The notes under the pieces are model-generated. The model saw only the letters and a list, made by a program, of their open reading frames with translations, had not been told where the DNA came from and ran no database searches. Positions 34,360 to 43,900 of a stretch of 64,000 nucleotides of DNA are shown one piece after another (position 1 is the stretch's first letter; each line of letters begins with the position of its first letter). The DNA lies in assembly GCA_963703985.1 (NCBI GenBank), contig CAVPGH010000003.1:1734-65733 (forward strand). The letters run 5' to 3'. The translations under genes were made by a program, and so were the position numbers. Source of the DNA: an uncultured Acidobacteriota bacterium. GTDB lineage: Bacteria > Acidobacteriota > Vicinamibacteria > Fen-336.

Positions 34360-36441
34360 ATGACGAGCCGGAGCCCGAAGACAGGCACCAGCGCACCGCT
34401 CGGCGCGACGGTGACCCCGGACGGGGTCAACTTCAGCGTGTTCTCGAAGCGCGCCACCGCCATCGAGCTGCTGCTCTTCGACGATGTGCAGGCGGCGGCG
34501 CCGTCGAGCGTCATCAGGCTCGAGCCCCGAAGGCACCGCACGTACCACTACTGGCACGTGCTCGTGCCCGACCTCCAGCCGGGGCAGGTCTACGCCTACC
34601 GTGCGCACGGGCCGTTCGCGCCGGAACGGGGCCTGAGGTTCGACGCGCAGAAGGTGCTCCTCGACCCGTACGGACTTGCCGTCGCCGTGCCGCCGTCCTA
34701 CGACCGCGAGGCCGCGAGGCGCCCGGGAGACAACTGCGCCGTGGCGATGAGAAGCGTCGTGGCCGCGCCGGAGGCGTACGACTGGGAGGGGGACGTGCCG
34801 CTGCGGACGCCGTTCGCCCGCACCTTCATCTACGAGATGCACGTGCGGGGCTTCACGCAGCACCCGAGCTCCGGCGTGCGGGAAGGAATGCGTGGGACCT
34901 ATGCCGGCGTCATCGAGAAGATCCCGTACCTGAAGGACCTTGGGGTCACGGCCGTGGAGCTCCAGCCGGTCTTCCAGTTCGATCCTTGCGACGCACCGGG
35001 CGACCGGCCCAACTACTGGGGATACCAGCCGGTCTCCTTCTTCGCCCCGCACCATGGGTACAGCTCCCAAAAGGATCCGCTCGGGGGGCTGGACGAGTTC
35101 CGCGACATGGTCAAGGCGCTGCACCGGGCGGGCATCGAGGTCATCCTCGACGTCGTTTTCAATCACACGGCCGAAGGAGACCACACGGGGCCGACGTTCT
35201 GCCACCGCGGCTTCGCGAACGAGTTCTACTACATCCTGCAGCCCGACAAGTCGCAGTACGCGAACTTCACCGGCTGCGGCAACACGCTGAACGCCAACTG
35301 GTCCATCGTTAGCCGAATGATCCGCGACAGCATCCGCTACTGGGTGACCCGGATGCACGTCGACGGGTTCAGGTTCGACCTCGCGTCGATCCTGTCGCGC
35401 GACGAAACCGGGCGCCCGCTGAAGGACCCGCCGGTGCTGTGGGACCTCGAGACGGACCCCGTGCTGGCCGGCACCAAGCTGATCGCCGAAGCCTGGGACG
35501 CGGCGGGGCTCTACCAGGTGGGCAGCTTCATCGGCGACACGTGGCAGGAATGGAACGGGCGTTTCCGCGATGAGGTGCGGCGCTTCTGGAAGGGAGACAA
35601 CGGCACCGTCTCCGGGCTCGCGACGCGGCTCCTGGGCAGCCCCGACCTGTACGGGCACAAGGAGCGGGAGGCGGAGCAGAGCATCAACTTCGTCGCCTGC
35701 CACGACGGCTTCACCCTGAACGACCTGGTCACGTACGACCGGAAGCACAACGAGGCGAACGGCGAGGACAACCGCGACGGCTCCGACGAGAACCTGAGCT
35801 GGAACTGCGGAGTCGAGGGCCCGACCGACGATCCGGACATCGAGGCGCTGCGCAGCCGCCAGGTGAAGAACTTCCTGACCGTGCTGCTGATGTCGGCGGG
35901 AACGCCGATGCTGCTCATGGGGGACGAGGTCCGTCGCAGCCAGGGCGGCAACAACAACGCCTATTGCCTGGACGGCGAGGGGAGCTGGCTCGACTGGCGG
36001 CTGCTGGAGCGGCACGTCGGCCTGCAGCGCTTCCTCAAGGGGCTCGCCGCATTCCGGGCAGGGCGCGACATCGTGGGCGAGCCTCTCACCCTGAGTCAGC
36101 TGCTGCAGTGGGCGCGCATCGAATGGCACGGAGTGGAGCTCGGCCGGCCCGACTGGAGCGACCACTCGCATTCCCTGGCGTACACGCTGGGGACGCCGCG
36201 CTGGGGATTCGTGCTCCATGCCATGTTCAACGCCTGGGGGGAGCCGCTCACGTTCGAGCTGCCGAGGGGGGAGCCATACCGGTGGCAGCGGTGCGTGGAC
36301 ACCGCGCTTCCATCACCTGGCGACTACCGCCCGTTGGACGAGGCGCCGCCGGTGACCGAGGGCACCTACTGCGTGGCGTCGCACTCGTGCGTCGTGCTGG
36401 TGTCGCCGCTGCCGGGCGTGAAGGGGGAGGAACCGGTGTGA
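34360..36441 (+). CDS. glgX: glycogen debranching enzyme (GH13, GlgX)
   Basis: 693 aa. It has an N-terminal CBM48-like region (PLGATVTPDGVNFSVFS) and the GH13 conserved regions DVVFNHT, GFRFDLASIL, EAWD and FVACHDGFTLND. Confidence 0.95.
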   Translation: MTSRSPKTGTSAPLGATVTPDGVNFSVFSKRATAIELLLFDDVQAAAPSSVIRLEPRRHRTYHYWHVLVPDLQPGQVYAYRAHGPFAPERGLRFDAQKVLLDPYGLAVAVPPSYDREAARRPGDNCAVAMRSVVAAPEAYDWEGDVPLRTPFARTFIYEMHVRGFTQHPSSGVREGMRGTYAGVIEKIPYLKDLGVTAVELQPVFQFDPCDAPGDRPNYWGYQPVSFFAPHHGYSSQKDPLGGLDEFRDMVKALHRAGIEVILDVVFNHTAEGDHTGPTFCHRGFANEFYYILQPDKSQYANFTGCGNTLNANWSIVSRMIRDSIRYWVTRMHVDGFRFDLASILSRDETGRPLKDPPVLWDLETDPVLAGTKLIAEAWDAAGLYQVGSFIGDTWQEWNGRFRDEVRRFWKGDNGTVSGLATRLLGSPDLYGHKEREAEQSINFVACHDGFTLNDLVTYDRKHNEANGEDNRDGSDENLSWNCGVEGPTDDPDIEALRSRQVKNFLTVLLMSAGTPMLLMGDEVRRSQGGNNNAYCLDGEGSWLDWRLLERHVGLQRFLKGLAAFRAGRDIVGEPLTLSQLLQWARIEWHGVELGRPDWSDHSHSLAYTLGTPRWGFVLHAMFNAWGEPLTFELPRGEPYRWQRCVDTALPSPGDYRPLDEAPPVTEGTYCVASHSCVVLVSPLPGVKGEEPV

Positions 36442-36550
36442 CCAGGCGCATCGGCCGCTCGAGTCTTGCCAGTCGTCTCCGAGGTGAAGGAGCCCGCCGC
36501 GAGCGCCATGATGTTCCTCGTGCGGCCCCGCCAAGGATCGCTGCCGACGT

Positions 36551-38020
36551 TCAACTTCCCATCACCTCAGCATTCCATGGTTGCGTTCTGTTCTTCCTCA
36601 GCTCTACCAACTCCATCCTGTGGTTGGCTTCCGGGTGCTTGGTGGAGGGGCCTTCCGTGAGAATGACGAGCTGGCCCTCGACTTCATGATCCTCGACCCA
36701 CTGTCCCGCGTAAGCCGTCCAGTCTTCAGGGTGCTCCCTTTCAAGGACCGGGTGGACGCCGTATGAAAACTGAAGCGCTTGACACGTCGATTCCTGGGAA
36801 CTGACGGCAACGATCCAGACGGCAGGCCGGAAACGGGCGAGGCTCCTGGCGGTGGCACCGCTCTTGGTGGGGGTGAACACCGCAGCCGGGGACTCATATT
36901 CAAGACTTGCCTCGACGCCGATCGCGATGAGATGCGCCGGTCGAAGCTTGCCGCGCAGATCCACCCCCTGGAACATCTCCTTGACGGTTGTCCGGTGCCG
37001 GTGGGGTTCGATCGCGGCCGCAATCTTTGCGAGCATGGCCACCGACTCTACAGGGTAGTGGCCCATGGCGGACTCCGCCGACAGCATCACGCCGTCGGTG
37101 CCGTCCAAGATCGCATTGGCCACATCCGTGGCTTCAGCCCGGGTGGGACGGCGGTAAGTGGTCATGGACTCGAGCATCTGCGTGGCGGTGATCACGGGCT
37201 TTCCCAGCTGGTTCGCCTGCTTCATGAGCTGCTTCTGCACGACCGCCATTTGCTCGATCGGTATTTCCACACCCAGGTCGCCGCGGGCAATCATGATCCC
37301 ATCCGCCTCACGGCAGATGCTCTCCATGTTGTCGAGGGCCCTGCTCCGCTCGATCTTGGCGATGATGAATGGGTTGTGGCCAAGCTCTCTGGCCGCCTCG
37401 CGAACCTGCACAATGTCCTCGCCTGATTCCACGAAGGACTGGCTCACTGCGTCCACGCCCTGCTCCAGGGCAAACCGTAAACACTCCCTGTCGCGATCCG
37501 TAAAGGCCGAGATCCCCAGATCAATGCCAGGAAGATTCAAACCCTTACGAGAACGCAGCTCCCCTCCTACGACTACCTTGCAGGAGACGTTCTCCCCAGT
37601 GACGTTCAGGACCTCCAGCTGGATGAAACCGTCGTTCAGGTAGAGGGCATCTCCGGGCTTGACGGCCTCCGGAAGACGGGAGAAGCTCACCGCCGCCCTG
37701 CTCGCATCCCCGTCGATCTGTTCCGTGGTGAGGGTGAAGGAGTCCCCTGCCTTCAGTTCCACCGGATCTTCCTTGAGCCTTCCAATGCGCATCTTGGGCC
37801 CACTGAGATCCGCCATGATGGCTACGCGGCGACCGGTGGCGCGCGATGCGGAGCGCAGGGTGTCAATCGCCCGCTTGTGACTCTCGAACTCTCCATGGGA
37901 AAAGTTGAGCCGCGCCACATTCATGCCAGCGAGAAGCATCTGTTCCATCACTTGTTGGGACCCCGACGCCGGGCCGATGGTGCAGACGAGTTTTGTCTTG
38001 TTCTGCGGTAAAGGTTTCAA
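36551..38020 (-). CDS. pyk: pyruvate kinase
   Basis: 489 aa from TTG 38020, preceded by GGAGGA at 6-nt spacing (MKPLPQNKTKLVCTIGPASG). Motifs present: NVARLNFSHG, MIARGDLGVEIP and ATQMLESM. GC content and codon choice are visibly lower than in the neighbouring genes. The 819-aa track ORF is a 5' over-extension. Confidence 0.92.
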   Translation of the reverse strand: MKPLPQNKTKLVCTIGPASGSQQVMEQMLLAGMNVARLNFSHGEFESHKRAIDTLRSASRATGRRVAIMADLSGPKMRIGRLKEDPVELKAGDSFTLTTEQIDGDASRAAVSFSRLPEAVKPGDALYLNDGFIQLEVLNVTGENVSCKVVVGGELRSRKGLNLPGIDLGISAFTDRDRECLRFALEQGVDAVSQSFVESGEDIVQVREAARELGHNPFIIAKIERSRALDNMESICREADGIMIARGDLGVEIPIEQMAVVQKQLMKQANQLGKPVITATQMLESMTTYRRPTRAEATDVANAILDGTDGVMLSAESAMGHYPVESVAMLAKIAAAIEPHRHRTTVKEMFQGVDLRGKLRPAHLIAIGVEASLEYESPAAVFTPTKSGATARSLARFRPAVWIVAVSSQESTCQALQFSYGVHPVLEREHPEDWTAYAGQWVEDHEVEGQLVILTEGPSTKHPEANHRMELVELRKNRTQPWNAEVMGS

Positions 38021-38345
38021 CTCTTTCCTCCAGCGAGCACGGCCGCGAGCGACAGCAGCGCGTAAAAGCCGACCTGCTTCCCAAGCCACGTATCCCGCTC
38101 GCTCACGCACGTCTCCTTCGAGAGCGGGTCCGGCAGCTTCCATGCCAAGGGGAAGAGTGCTCTCGGGGCGCTGCGGAGCCCAGGAACCTCGGCAGTTTGC
38201 AGAGCGGGCACTGGTCGAACGAGAAGCCCGAATGACAGCGAGCCGTCGTGAATTCGCGACGAAAGCCCGCGAATGCCGGCCAGGCGGCCCCGGAAACGAT
38301 GCTCTGCGCTCGAGCCCTGCGGCGTTCGGGTCTAACCGACCACTC

Positions 38346-38361
38346 TGGCACGGCTTGTGCT
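38346..38361 (+). promoter_or_regulatory. sigma-54-type -24/-12 promoter-like element about 200 nt upstream of pgk
   Basis: TGGCACGGCTTGTGCT compared with consensus TGGCACG-N4-TTGCW: one mismatch in the -12 element. It lies in the 540-bp divergent pyk/pgk intergenic region. A chance occurrence cannot be excluded. Confidence 0.3.
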
Positions 38362-38561
38362 CGCAAGGGCGGCGTGGAGCGACGCGAAGTCGCGCTGCGC
38401 GCTCGGGAGACTCATCCTCGTGACCGTATCGACGAGCCTCTCCCTCCGCGGGGCCGCCGCTGGGCCGCTTACTCGAACCGCTGCGTGGACCTCCTCCGCT
38501 ACATGGCGGGGAAGGACGGCGCGAAGTAGACACGAGAACGACGAAGACGGAGACAAGGACC

Positions 38562-39812
38562 ATGGCCAAGCTCTTCATCGAGGACCTCGACCTGCGGGGC
38601 AAGCGCGTGATCATGCGCGTCGACTTCAACGTGCCGGTGAAGGACGGCAAAGTGGAGAACGACAAGCGTCTGCGCGCCTCGCTCCCCTCCAGCCGCCACG
38701 TGCTCAGCGGGGGTGCGAGCCTCGTGCTCATGAGCCACCTCGGCCGTCCGGACGGGCAGTGGAACCCCAAGTACTCGCTGAAGCCGGTGGCGGACAGGCT
38801 CGCGGAGCTCCTGGGCAAGCCGGTCCGGTTCCTCGACGACTGCGTCGGGCCCGAGGTGGAGAAGGCCTGCGGCGCCCTGAAGCCGGGGGAGGTGGCCCTG
38901 CTCGAGAACCTGCGCTTCCACATCGAGGAGGAGGGCAAGGTCAAGAAAGAGGATGGAACGTCGGTCAAGGCCGACCCCGAGGCGGTGAAGGCCTTCCGCG
39001 CCTCCCTCACTCGGTTGGGAGACGTCTACGTCAACGACGCGTTCGGCACCGCGCACCGGGCCCACAGCTCGATCACCGGCGTCTCGCTCGACAAGCGCGC
39101 CGCCGGCTACCTCATGAAGAAGGAGCTGGACTTCCTGGGCGACGCCGTCAACAACCCGAAGCGGCCCTTCGTGGCAATCATCGGTGGGGCGAAGGTCTCG
39201 GGCAAGATCGACGTCATCGAGTCGCTGCTGCCCAAGGTGGACAAGCTGCTCATCGGCGGCGGGATGGCCTTCACCTTCTACAAGGCGCAAGGGAAGGAGA
39301 TCGGCGGCTCGCTCGTCGAGGACGACCGGGTGGAGATGGCGAAGGCCCTCCTGGCTAAGGCCGCCGGCAAGCTCGTCCTGCCCGTGGACACGGTGGTGAC
39401 CGACGTCTTCGACTTCGACGCCCGCAGGATCGGCACACTGAGGACGGTGTCGTGGGACGAGACCGGCCCGAATGACATCGGCGTCGACATCGGCGAGGCG
39501 ACCCGGGTGAAGTTCGGGGAGATCGTGAAGGGGGCGAAGACCGTCGTCTGGAACGGACCGATGGGCGTCTTCGAGATCCCAGAGACGGCGAAGGGCACGC
39601 TGGCGATCGCGCAGGCCCTGGCGGATGCCACCGCGCACGGGGCCGTAACCGTCGTCGGTGGCGGTGACTCGGTCGCGGCCATCGAGAAGAACCGCCTCGC
39701 CGACAAGGTCACCCACGTCTCCACCGGCGGCGGCGCCTCCCTCGAGTTCCTGGAGGGAAAGGAGCTGCCCGGTGTCACCTACCTGAGCGACAAGCAGCCC
39801 CTCTCATCCTGA
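38562..39812 (+). CDS. pgk: phosphoglycerate kinase (intact copy)
   Basis: 416 aa and full length. Motifs present: [34 protein letters not shown] and [13 protein letters not shown]. Confidence 0.97.
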   Translation: MAKLFIEDLDLRGKRVIMRVDFNVPVKDGKVENDKRLRASLPSSRHVLSGGASLVLMSHLGRPDGQWNPKYSLKPVADRLAELLGKPVRFLDDCVGPEVEKACGALKPGEVALLENLRFHIEEEGKVKKEDGTSVKADPEAVKAFRASLTRLGDVYVNDAFGTAHRAHSSITGVSLDKRAAGYLMKKELDFLGDAVNNPKRPFVAIIGGAKVSGKIDVIESLLPKVDKLLIGGGMAFTFYKAQGKEIGGSLVEDDRVEMAKALLAKAAGKLVLPVDTVVTDVFDFDARRIGTLRTVSWDETGPNDIGVDIGEATRVKFGEIVKGAKTVVWNGPMGVFEIPETAKGTLAIAQALADATAHGAVTVVGGGDSVAAIEKNRLADKVTHVSTGGGASLEFLEGKELPGVTYLSDKQPLSS

Positions 39813-39822
39813 GGGGCTGCCC
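39141..39822. repeat. direct repeat, arm 2 (intact pgk 3' half + hairpin), partner 1-680
   Basis: See arm 1. Confidence 0.9.
39795..39819 (+). terminator. 9-bp stem-loop spanning the pgk stop codon (CAGCCCCTC-7 nt-GAGGGGCTG); no T-tract
   Basis: A perfect inverted repeat read from the sequence. It is conserved in shorter form after the pgk copy at 658-678. Confidence 0.35.
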
Positions 39823-39933
39823 TCGGCTCTTCGCCGGTCTCGGCGCGGGTGCCCGCATCGGAACGTTCAAGCCGGCGGACGGCCCTCGAGCGCGCCGGCT
39901 TACGACGCGCTTTAGTTTCCCGGTCGCATCGGG

Positions 39934-40410
39934 GTGTTCGCGGGCTCGGCCATCAGCACCTTCAACGACCGGGACTCCCTCGCCACCATCACCTCCTACA
40001 AGTTCGACGTCACCGGGCCCTCCATCACCGTGCAGACCTTGTGCTCGACCTCGCTGGTCGCGGTCCACCTCGCGTGCCAGACCCTGGTCAATGGGGAGAG
40101 CGACATGGCCTCGCCGGGCCTCCTCCATCAACGTCGGCCGGTTACGTCTACCAGGAGTCCGGGGTCCTTTCGCCGGACGGCCATTGCCGGACCTTCGTCA
40201 AGACCGTCCTCATGATGAAGCACCGGGAGATCCCGCGCCTCGTCCCCTTCGAGCGGCCGAACCCGAAGATCGATTTGGGCAGAGCCCGTTCTCCCCGAAC
40301 ACCGGGCTCGCGGAATGGAAGCCGGACGGCCCGCGGCGGGCGGGGATCAGCTCCCTGGGCGTGAGGAGGACGAACGCGCATCTCGTCCTCGAGGAAGCGC
40401 CGCCCGCGTC
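39934..40410 (+). pseudogene. polyketide-synthase ketosynthase (KS) domain remnant, multiply frameshifted and internally deleted
   Basis: The pieces are GVFAGSAIS, SYKFDVTGPSITVQTLCSTSLVAVHLACQTLVNGESDMA (active-site Cys context), LAG, SSINVG, GYVYQESGVLSPDGHCRTF, VLMMKHREIPRLVPFERPNPKIDL and QSPFSPNTGLAEWKPDGPRRAGISSLGVRRTNAHLVLEEAP. They are spread over three frames. About 150 aa are missing between HCRTF and MKHREIP. Confidence 0.8.
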
Positions 40411-40436
40411 GCCCTCGGGGGCCGACGCGACCCGCG

Positions 40437-40585
40437 CAGCTTTGCACCTGGTCGCTCTCGATGGTGCCTACCACGAACAGGGCGCAGAGCTCGCCTGGCA
40501 GTCGCTCGGCCACCTGAAGACCAGCGAGGTCGCCGAGGTGCTGGAGCGCGCGGTCAGGCGCACGGAGAAGGAGCTTCGTCGCTGA
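40437..40585 (+). mobile_element. IS91-family-like transposase, central fragment (fragment B)
   Basis: ALHLVALDGAYHEQGAELAWQSLGHLKTSEVAEVLERAVRRTEKELRR* resembles, from memory, the LHVHFHTLAVDGVF...DDVAEVARRVRDRALRWLRR region of myxobacterial IS91-family transposases. It is fused directly to the end of the KS remnant. Confidence 0.45.
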
Positions 40586-40589
40586 ACAC

Positions 40590-40735
40590 TCGACGTACTC
40601 CTCGGAAGTGACGAGCGCCCGCAGCGATCTCCGGTCCCGGAGCTCCCCGAGGTCGGGAGAATCGGCGGAGGCGGTCGTCGCCAGGAGGAGCCAGGCAAGC
40701 CCGAGGACGCGGAGTCCGTCGGCTGACGCTCTCAC
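40590..40735 (-). pseudogene. N-terminal stub (~48 aa) of a secreted periplasmic-binding-domain protein
   Basis: MRASADGLRVLGLAWLLLATTASADSPDLGELRDRRSLRALVTSEEY shows a signal peptide followed by an (E/D)IRxRGxLRVLV-like start, as in SBP_bac_3/MltF-type proteins. Homology ends at the junction with fragment B. Confidence 0.4.
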
Positions 40736-40930
40736 GCTTCCGAATGCTACGCGACCGCGAGGCGTGAGCCGACCGCGCTTGCGACGTCCCTGCGGGTCGT
40801 GTAGCTTTTAATGACTCCCCTCGCCTCGACGGCTTCGCCTTCATCTTGGCGCGGACGTCGCTGCGAGCTTGAGAACCTTGCAGGCGGCGTTCCTTGCAGC
40901 ACTGCGGTCGTGAATGAGAGGAGAACTGGC

Positions 40931-43900
40931 GTGGGTCACTCTTCTCCTGGGTCTGCCGCTCAACCGACGTCCCCTCGGCGCCGCGGGGCCGCAGCCGACA
41001 CCTCGCCCCCGAACGTCTGCCTGCTGTCGAACGGCCGCTATAGCGTCGTACTGACGCAGGCGGGGAGCGGATACAGCACCTACGAGGGGTTGGACGTGAC
41101 GCGCTGGCGCGAGGACGCGACCAGCGACTGCTGGGGACAGTACTGCTACATCCGTGACCTTGATGGCGGCCGCGCATGGTCGGCCGGTCGGCAGCCGCTC
41201 GGCGGAAACGCCGACGACTACGAGGCGATCCTCGGGTCAGATCGGGCCGTCTTCCGGCGCCGCGATGCGGACATCGAGACGCGCTACGAGGTCGCGGTCG
41301 CAGCCGATGCGGATGCCGAGGTCCGGCGGATCACATTGACCAACCACGGCGCCGGACCCCGCACGCTGGACGTGACCAGCTACGTCGAGATCGCCCTCAA
41401 CCACCGTCGCGCCGACCAGGCTCATCCCGCCTTCGCCAAGCTTTTCCTGGAGACCGAATACCTGCCGGCGCCTCCCACTCTCCTCTGCCGCCGCCGGCCT
41501 CGCGCTCGGGATCAGAAGCCGATCTGGGCCCTGCACGTCCTGGCGGGCCCGGAGGGCGCCCCTGGCACCGCGGTTGGAGGAATCGAGTACGAGACCGACC
41601 GGGCAAGATTCCTGGGCCGCGGCCACTCCCCGGCTCGGCCCGCCGCGCTCGATTGGGGCGTTACGCTGTCGGGGACAGTCGGGCCGGTCCTGGACCCCGT
41701 TCTCAGCTTGCGCCGACGGGTCCGGCTCCTCCCGGGCGCGTCCGCGGTCCTTGCTTTCGGCACCGCGGCGGTGACCGATCGCGACGAGGGAGTGGTCCTG
41801 GCTCGCCGCTTCAAAGACCTGGCCGAAGTAGAGCGCACGTTCGAGCAGGCGCGGATCCAGGACCAGACCGCACTGGCCGCACTCGGCATCACACACGAAG
41901 ACGTCGCTCGGTTCCAGCGTCTAGCCGCTCACGTTCTCTTCACCGGGCCGACCTTGCGGTCGCCAGCGTCCGTCACAGCAAACCACCTCGGCCAGCCGGG
42001 CCTGTGGCCGCACGCCATCTCCGGAGACCTGCCGATCGTGCTGGCCCGGCTCGCCGGAATCGACGAGCTTGCCCTGGCCGGCGAACTCCTCCGCGCCCAC
42101 GCCTACTGGCGTGGCTGCGGGCTGGTGGCAGACCTGGTTCTCCTGAACGACGCCGGGCCGCCCGATGAATTGCACCACGCGTTGGAGAAACTCGTCCGGT
42201 TGGGACCGACCGCCGAGCTCTCGGACAAGCCGGGCGGCGTGTTCCTGAAGGCCGCAGCGCGTATGCCCGCGGCGGACGTAATACTGCTCGAGGCTGCCGC
42301 CCGCGCGATCCTGCGTGGAGACCAGGGGATGCTCGCCGCGCAGCTCGAGCGGGCGCCGACCCCCGCCGCTCTGCCGGCCGACCTGCCTGTCTCAGGCGCC
42401 ACGCCAGCGGGCATTTCCGGGAAGCCGGCTGCTGCCGATGAGGAACTGTTGTTCGCGAACGGGCTGGGTGGGTTCACGCCGGACGGTCGGGAGTACGTCC
42501 TGGCCCTCCGGGGTCGCGAGCGGCCGCCCGCCCCGTGGAGCAATGTCCTCGCCAACCCTGGCTTCGGCTGCTTGATCACCGAGGCGGGCGCGGGATACAC
42601 CTGGGCCGTCAACGCCCAGATGAACCGCCTGACCCCGTGGAGCAACGACCCGGTCGCCGATCCGGCCGGCGAGGCTCTTTATCTCCGCGACGAGGAGACC
42701 GGCGAGTTCTGGACGCCAGCGCCGGGACCCTGCGGGGGCGAGGCAACGACCGTCATCCGTCACGGCCAGGGTTACACCCGCTTCAACCGGACCAGCCACG
42801 GGCTGGAGCAGGACCTTCTGGTCCTCGTCTCCCCCGCCGACCCGGTCAAGCTGGTTCGCCTGCGCGTCATCAACCGCACCGACCGGCGCCGGCGTCTTTC
42901 CGCGACCTTCTACGCCGAGTGGGTGCTGGGCGTGCTCCGCGACCAGGCCCCGCTGCAGGTCGTTTGCACGCTCGACCCGGAGAGCGGTGCCCTCTTCGCC
43001 CGAAACGCCTGGGCAGGTGATTTCGCCGGGCGAGTCGCATTCGCCGACGTGGGGCGCCGCCCGCGCTCGTTCACCACGAGCCGGACCGAATTCCTGGGAC
43101 CGAACGGCACGCCCGAATCCCCCGCCGCCCTCGGTCGGGCGCGGCTCAGCGACCGGGCAGGTGAGCTGGGGGACCCCTGCGCCGCGCTGATGACCGGGCT
43201 GGAGCTGCCGCCAGGCGAGGAAGACGACGCAGTCTTTTTGCTCGGCCAGGCGGAGAGCGAGGACGAGGCACGGCGGCTCGTGCGGTTCTACGGCGAGGCC
43301 GGCCGGGCACAGCAGGTGCTGAAGGAGGTCCAGGCAGGATGGGACCGCGTCCTCGGGGCCATCGTGGTCCGAACCCCCGATCCCGCGCTGGACTTGATGC
43401 TCAATCGCTGGCTGATCTACCAGGCGCTTGCCTGCCGCGTGTGGGGCCGCTCGGGGTTCTATCAGTCGGGCGGGGCATTCGGCTTCCGCGACCAGCTGCA
43501 GGACGCGATGGCGCTCGTATATGGTGCCGTGGAAGAGTCGCGGGCGCAGATCCTGCGGGCAGCCGCCCGGCAGTTCGAGGAGGGCGACGTGCAGCACTGG
43601 TGGCACCCGCCGGCGGGGCGCGGCGTCCGCACCCGGATCACCGACGATCTCTACTTCCTGCCTTTCGTCACCTGCCACTACGTCGCCACAACCGGCGACG
43701 CAGGTCTGCTCGACGAGCGGGTGCCGTTCTTGCGGGCGCCGGTCCTGAAGCCCGATCAGGAGGAGGAGTACGGCCTCCCCGATGTGAGCGACGTGACCGG
43801 GACGGTCTACGAGCACTGCGTGCGAGCGCTGGAGCAGGGCCTGAGGATCGGGCCGCACGGCCTGCCGCTGATGGGTACCGGCGACTGGAACGACGGGATG

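Noticed and set aside
36551-39010. The 819-aa ORF implying a 330-aa N-terminal extension on pyruvate kinase.
   Set aside because: The extension has no homology, runs through the divergent pgk promoter region and into pgk antisense, and is low-complexity. A TTG at 38020 with a GGAGGA RBS gives a canonical Pyk N-terminus.
39934-40410. An active polyketide biosynthetic gene cluster.
   Set aside because: Only a shattered KS domain is present. No AT, ACP, KR or other PKS domains or tailoring genes occur anywhere in the window.
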